Assembly: GCA_045047115.1 (NCBI GenBank)
Contig: JASFYR010000008.1
Coordinates: 1 to 64,000 of the forward strand
Direction: 5' to 3'
Length of the DNA stretch: 64,000 nt
Source of the DNA: Sulfurospirillum sp.
GTDB lineage: Bacteria; Campylobacterota; Campylobacteria; Campylobacterales; Sulfurospirillaceae
Part shown: positions 59,136 to 64,000 of the stretch, piece after piece
Layout: each line of letters opens with the position of its first letter
Position numbering within the stretch: the first letter of the stretch is position 1
Program-made: the position numbers and the translations under genes
Notes under the pieces: generated by a model
What the model saw: the letters and a program-made list of their open reading frames with translations, nothing else
Databases searched by the model: none
What the model was told of the DNA's origin: nothing

Positions 59136-60475
59136 ATCAAACAAAAAAATTTTCAATCCATAGAAAAAGAGGTAAAGCACTGGGTGTTTTTGAGCTTATT
59201 GCCATAGCGGTTGGCGGTATGGTTGGGGGTGGAATTTTTACTGTTTTGGGTATTTCAGTTGCATTGGTTGGCGCATACTCTCCGGTTGCTATCGCTATTG
59301 GCGGTGTTATAGCAATGTTGGCTGCTTATAATTATGTCAAATTAGGGGTCTATTTTAAAGATGAGGGTGCTACATATTCTTTTTATAAAAAGACTTTTCC
59401 ATCAACTCCATTTGCGGCCTCTTTGATAGGTTGGTGGGTTATTTTTGGTTATATATCAACTTTGGCATTATATGCCTACACTTTTTCTTCATATTCAATT
59501 AGCAGCTTCTCCTTTGCAGGTAATGAAATAATAAGAAAAAGTATTGCAGGTGCTATTATTTTAATTTTTGCACTTATAAATATTTGGAGTGTTAAGGGCA
59601 TGGGTAGGATTGAGGATTTGATGGTCTATACCAAAATGACTATTCTAGCTGCTATATCTATATTATTAATTTACCACTCCGACACATCTCTTCCGGTGCT
59701 TCTTGAAAGTAACCATCATGCAACTCTGTTTTCAATTTTGATAGTATCTTCTTTGACTTTTGTAGCATACGAGGGTTTTCAGCTTGTGATAAATGCAGTC
59801 AATGAGATGAAAAATCCAGATCTTAATATTCCTAGGGCAATTTATGCTGCGATAGTTTTAGTAATTTTAATATATGTAATTATTTCATTGGGTGCGATAT
59901 TATCTATACCATTTAAAGAGATTATAGACAATAAAGAGTATGCTTTAGCGGCTGGTGCAAAGGATATCATGGGCAATACGGGAGCAAATCTGGTTATTGC
60001 CGGAGCCCTTTTAGCAACCAGCAGTGCTATTAGCGGAACACTGTTTGGCTCTTCAAGACAAGCTTCTGTTATAGCAGAAGATGGATACTTTCCATCATTT
60101 CTAGCGATTAGGAAAAACAGCATCCCCGTATATGCCATCATATCTATGGCGCTTTTTTCTTTCGGTTTGATACTTATAGGAAACTTGGAAGTTATTTTAG
60201 AGTTTGGCAGTATAACTTTTATACTGGTTTCTTGGTTGATGGCGTTTGCTAACTTAAAAATTAGAGATAAAACTAACTCATCTTTAGCTATAATTGTGAT
60301 ATCGTTAATTGGTTTATTTCTAGGGGCTTCCCTTATAGTCTATTATGAGGTAAATAGTGATATAAAACAGATATACTTTACCTGTATCATATATTTTGTA
60401 TTGACTTTAGGGGCATGGCTGTACTCAAAATTTGAAAATAAAAAGGTGGAAAAAAATGTACACACAAAACAGTAA
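59132..60475 (+). CDS. APC family amino acid permease
   Basis: [26 protein letters not shown]; about 12 TMs. Confidence 0.9.
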   Translation: MNQTKKFSIHRKRGKALGVFELIAIAVGGMVGGGIFTVLGISVALVGAYSPVAIAIGGVIAMLAAYNYVKLGVYFKDEGATYSFYKKTFPSTPFAASLIGWWVIFGYISTLALYAYTFSSYSISSFSFAGNEIIRKSIAGAIILIFALINIWSVKGMGRIEDLMVYTKMTILAAISILLIYHSDTSLPVLLESNHHATLFSILIVSSLTFVAYEGFQLVINAVNEMKNPDLNIPRAIYAAIVLVILIYVIISLGAILSIPFKEIIDNKEYALAAGAKDIMGNTGANLVIAGALLATSSAISGTLFGSSRQASVIAEDGYFPSFLAIRKNSIPVYAIISMALFSFGLILIGNLEVILEFGSITFILVSWLMAFANLKIRDKTNSSLAIIVISLIGLFLGASLIVYYEVNSDIKQIYFTCIIYFVLTLGAWLYSKFENKKVEKNVHTKQ

Positions 60476-61742
60476 AGAGGCTTTTGGTGAAGCAAAAAGA
60501 GTTATTCCTGGTGGTGTTGACTCTCCTGTGAGAGCTTTTAAGAGTGTTGGAGGAACTCCTATTTTTATAAAAAAAGGTGAGGGTGCATATCTTTTTGATA
60601 TTGATAATAATAAATATCTAGACTTCGTCCAGAGTTGGGGTCCTTTGATATTTGGACATTGCGATAAAGACATACAAAAAGCTGTCATAAAAGCAGTAAA
60701 AAAAGGTCTTAGTTTTGGAGCACCTACAAAAGTTGAGACGAAGTTGGCAAAAGAGATATGTTCGCTTTTTGATGAGATAGACAAGATCCGTTTTGTAAGC
60801 AGTGGCACGGAGGCGGTTATGAGTGCTATAAGATTGGCTCGTGGATATACGGGACGGGATGATATAATCAAATTTGAAGGCTGTTATCATGGTCATAGTG
60901 ACTCTTTGCTTGTGCAAGCAGGTAGTGGAGCTGTAACTTTTGGAACTCCTAGTTCTCCGGGAGTTCCGGCAGATTTCACAAAGCATACTCTACTTGCAAA
61001 ATACAATGATATACAGAGTGTCAAGAAGTGCTTTGAAAACTCAAAAGATATAGCATGTGTGATTATTGAGCCTATTGCGGGCAATATGGGTTTGGTTCCA
61101 GCGGAAGTGCAGTTTTTAAAAGAGCTCAAAGAGTTGTGTGAAAAAAATGGAGCCTTGTTGATATTTGATGAGGTTATGAGTGGATTTAGAGCCTCTTTAA
61201 AGGGAGCAACAGGTCTGGTTAAAGTTAGACCTGATTTGATCACTTTTGGTAAAGTGATAGGAGGGGGTATGCCAGTAGGTGCTTTTGGTGGTTTAGAGGA
61301 AATAATGGACCAGTTGAGTCCCGATGGACCTGTATATCAAGCAGGAACTTTGAGTGGAAATCCGGTGGCTATGAATGCTGGTTTGAAAGCTTTGAAGAAA
61401 GTAGTCAAAAACTCTGATATGTATGAAGATTTGGAAGAAAAGGCAAATTTACTGGTCAGAGGTTTTGAAAAAGAGGCGAAAAAAGTAGGAATTTCACTGC
61501 AGGTAAGTGTCCGAGGCAGTATGTTTGGATTTTTCTTTAATGAAAACAAGGTGAAAAATTTTGATGATGCTCTAAAATCCGATACAAAAATGTTTGCCAA
61601 ATTTCACAAAGGTATGCTAAGTAGAGGTTTTTATTTTGCATGTAGTCAGTTTGAGACCGGATTTATAAGCACTAAAATAAAAACAGAGCATATAGAAAAG
61701 ACTGTTGCAGCAGCGGCTGAGGTCTTTAAAGAGATAGTATGA
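60456..61742 (+). CDS. hemL: Glutamate-1-semialdehyde 2,1-aminomutase
   Basis: [48 protein letters not shown]; start at MYTQ (60456). Confidence 0.97.
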   Translation: MYTQNSKEAFGEAKRVIPGGVDSPVRAFKSVGGTPIFIKKGEGAYLFDIDNNKYLDFVQSWGPLIFGHCDKDIQKAVIKAVKKGLSFGAPTKVETKLAKEICSLFDEIDKIRFVSSGTEAVMSAIRLARGYTGRDDIIKFEGCYHGHSDSLLVQAGSGAVTFGTPSSPGVPADFTKHTLLAKYNDIQSVKKCFENSKDIACVIIEPIAGNMGLVPAEVQFLKELKELCEKNGALLIFDEVMSGFRASLKGATGLVKVRPDLITFGKVIGGGMPVGAFGGLEEIMDQLSPDGPVYQAGTLSGNPVAMNAGLKALKKVVKNSDMYEDLEEKANLLVRGFEKEAKKVGISLQVSVRGSMFGFFFNENKVKNFDDALKSDTKMFAKFHKGMLSRGFYFACSQFETGFISTKIKTEHIEKTVAAAAEVFKEIV

Positions 61743-62059
61743 GCAAAGAACAAAAACCACGCTACAGACCAATCATAGAGGGGGCAGAGCAGTTGTCGCT
61801 TGGTATCTCTATGGTTGTAGCAGTTCTTTTGGGTGTTGGCGCAGGAATTTTGATGAAAAACTGGTTTCACCAAAGTTGGCTTCTTTGGCTAGGCGTATTT
61901 TGGGGAGTAAGCGGAGCAATTTTAAATGTCTACAAGGCATATAAAAAACAGATGAAATCACTAGATGAGCTTAAAGATGATGTAAGATATAAAAACTATA
62001 AGCCAAAAAAAGATGATGACGATGATGAGAGCTATGATAGCGAAGGAAGATATGAGTAA
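61739..62059 (+). CDS. AtpZ/AtpI family small membrane protein
   Basis: [18 protein letters not shown]...[10 protein letters not shown]; acidic tail. Confidence 0.8.
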   Translation: MSKEQKPRYRPIIEGAEQLSLGISMVVAVLLGVGAGILMKNWFHQSWLLWLGVFWGVSGAILNVYKAYKKQMKSLDELKDDVRYKNYKPKKDDDDDESYDSEGRYE

Positions 62060-62543
62060 ATTTTCATATTTTTACCTGATTGGTGATTTTTTTATTATTA
62101 TTTTGGCTCTCTTGATGGGCAAGTACTGGCTTTTGAACACCCAAGTTGCTTTTATTTGTTCTATGTTTATCACCTTTGCTTCATTTTATGCTTATAAAAA
62201 ATCTATACAAAAAGGCATCAAAAATAGCAATGGTGAAGAGTTTAGAGACTCTTTTGATGAGCTTGAAGATCCCTATAATCTTTTTGATAATGAAGATGAA
62301 AAGCCCAATCAGCCCAAAAAAAACAGAGGTGTTTTTAAATACACAGTCAAAGGTTTTGCAAGTGGTATAGCAGGAGCAGTAAATCCTCTGAGGATATTGG
62401 CTTATATCGTATTGATAGTCTCTTTTCTATATCTAAACAGGCAAGGACTCTTTAATGGTTTTGCATTTTTTACAGGCTTAAGTATCGTGCCTATTATGAG
62501 TATGTTAAGCTCTATAATTAATTTGAAATCAAAGCAGAGCTGA
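62052..62543 (+). CDS. Conserved membrane protein (possibly AtpI-like)
   Basis: WLLNTQVAF, EDPYNLF; four hydrophobic segments; ATG at 62052 overlaps the upstream gene. Confidence 0.7.
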   Translation: MSKFSYFYLIGDFFIIILALLMGKYWLLNTQVAFICSMFITFASFYAYKKSIQKGIKNSNGEEFRDSFDELEDPYNLFDNEDEKPNQPKKNRGVFKYTVKGFASGIAGAVNPLRILAYIVLIVSFLYLNRQGLFNGFAFFTGLSIVPIMSMLSSIINLKSKQS

Positions 62544-63204
62544 GTATAGTAGAGTTGGCGCGAAAAACTACTATAGAATTGGCATTAGCCGATATATCTT
62601 CTATATTTTGTTCAAAGGATGTATCTCTTTTTTCACCTTCCACATGTAGAGAAAAAATTGGATATTTTTTACCTTCAAACTTTAGATATTCTCCAGTATT
62701 TAGCATCAATTTTGATGTGATGGTTGTAGAGTTGAGATATGATTGGTAAATTTTATTGATGAGTTTACTGAATTCCTCTATCTTTAGTCTTACTTGTGGA
62801 AAGGTGGGATCAAAGAGTTTATTGTGTTTTATTTTTGAAGAGCCTGCACTTGTGGCACTGATGCAAAGATCAAGCAAAGAGTAGATATTGACAAAGTCTC
62901 CATGTTCGCCGATTGATGGATTTTTTGTTGCTTTTTTATATAATTTGATACCGATTTCACTATCATCCAGATATCCAACAGTGATGGCAAAAAAAGAAAA
63001 TGATCCAAAATTGAGGTCTAAAATAGTAGTTTTGAAACCGAAAGTGATATTTGCATAGGTTTTGGCTAAGTTAAAAATCTCCTTTGCCTGAACTTCGCCA
63101 AGAAGATAGTGAGCTTCTTGATTGAGCGATTTAACCCTCCCGTTTTCATCAAAAGAGATGAAAGGATTATAATCAAACTCCATCCAAGCTTCACTGAACT
63201 TCAT
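62518..63204 (-). CDS. Hypothetical protein, PAS-like N-terminus plus degenerate kinase-like C-terminus
   Basis: PFISFDENGRVKSLNQEAHYLLG is PAS-like; LFDPTFPQVRL resembles NtrB DYDPSLP. Confidence 0.7.
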   Translation of the reverse strand: MKFSEAWMEFDYNPFISFDENGRVKSLNQEAHYLLGEVQAKEIFNLAKTYANITFGFKTTILDLNFGSFSFFAITVGYLDDSEIGIKLYKKATKNPSIGEHGDFVNIYSLLDLCISATSAGSSKIKHNKLFDPTFPQVRLKIEEFSKLINKIYQSYLNSTTITSKLMLNTGEYLKFEGKKYPIFSLHVEGEKRDTSFEQNIEDISANANSIVVFRANSTILSSALISN

Positions 63205-63214
63205 GTTTTGCTTT

Positions 63215-64000
63215 TTAGCTTTCGATATAATTTTTTAGTTTTCTTCCCACTTTTGGGTGTTTTAGCTTTTTGATAGCACTGCTCTCAATTTGTCTGACTC
63301 TCTCTCTGGTGACACTAAGCTCTTTTCCTATCTCTTCAAGAGTTCTATCACTCTCATCGTGCATCAAACCAAATCTCATTCTTATAACTGCTTTTTCTCT
63401 GTCGTTTAACTGTTCCAATACATCGTCTATTTGGTCTTTAAGGTCATTTTTTAGGATAAAATCCATTGGAGATATGCTGGATTTATCCTCTACAAAGTCA
63501 CCAAACTTACCATCTTCTTCTTTGCCGATAGGAGCTTCAAGAGAGATAGGCTCTTTTGTTATCTTTATAACATTTTTGACCTTGTCTGTGCTAAGCCCGA
63601 CCTCTTTTGATATAGTATCAACATCAGGCTCTTTTCCATGCTCCTGCAAGTGTTTTCTAACTATTTTGTTTATTCTGTTTATAGTTTCTATCATGTGAAT
63701 TGGAATTCTGATAGTTCTTGCCTGATCGGCAATAGCTCTTGAGATTGCTTGTCTTATCCACCAGGTTGCATAGGTTGAGAATTTATAGCCTTTTTTATAC
63801 TCAAATTTATCTACAGCTTTCATCAGTCCGATATTTCCCTCTTGGATAAGATCCAAGAATGGGAGTCCTCTGTTTGTGTATCTTTTTGCTATAGATACTA
63901 CTAATCTAAGGTTTGATTTTGCCATTCTGGTTTTTGCTGCATCTGCTATTTTTTTACCTCTTTTTATCTGCTCCAGTATCTCTTTAAGCCTTTCTTCTTC
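63215..64000 (-). CDS. rpoD: RNA polymerase sigma-70 factor RpoD (5' end outside window)
   Basis: [45 protein letters not shown]...TRERVRQIE; the frame is open to the window edge. Confidence 0.98.
   Translation of the reverse strand, partial: EEERLKEILEQIKRGKKIADAAKTRMAKSNLRLVVSIAKRYTNRGLPFLDLIQEGNIGLMKAVDKFEYKKGYKFSTYATWWIRQAISRAIADQARTIRIPIHMIETINRINKIVRKHLQEHGKEPDVDTISKEVGLSTDKVKNVIKITKEPISLEAPIGKEEDGKFGDFVEDKSSISPMDFILKNDLKDQIDDVLEQLNDREKAVIRMRFGLMHDESDRTLEEIGKELSVTRERVRQIESSAIKKLKHPKVGRKLKNYIES

Overview
AT-rich chromosomal window from a flagellated Campylobacterota (Epsilonproteobacteria) bacterium. The taxon is inferred from gene order and protein style (Sulfurospirillum/Sulfurimonas-like), not from a database match. 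Most of the window is core genome: flagellar genes (flaG-fliD-fliS, flgI-flgJ-flgM-flgN-flgK, flgL, a stator pair plus fliP), pstSCAB-phoU-phoB-phoR, atpB, gatB, gpsA, truA, uppS, coaBC, glmU, hup, tRNA-Leu(CAA), ftsK, acnB, hemL and the 3' part of rpoD. Three accessory modules stand out. (1) A divergent aryl-acid module at 6.3-17.3 kb: iorAB, two paralogous phenylacetate-CoA ligases, an ACT protein, a Tas-like aldo-keto reductase and a Liv-type ABC importer. (2) A PAP2 phosphatase-metallophosphoesterase-DedA-two-component operon with an 11-bp-phased direct-repeat box. (3) A two-component system followed by a secreted low-complexity protein and a stand-alone TSP3-repeat lipoprotein, with its own direct-repeat box. 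Finer signals include a 9-codon apparent deletion scar where lptF is normally found, two probable ATT start codons (ftsK and an ABC permease), a degenerate NtrB-like pseudokinase behind rpoD, a Na+-type PomAB-like stator, and sigma28/sigma54/Pho-box promoters. No CRISPR array, transposase, integrase or rRNA was seen. All calls come from reading motifs by eye; no searches were run.
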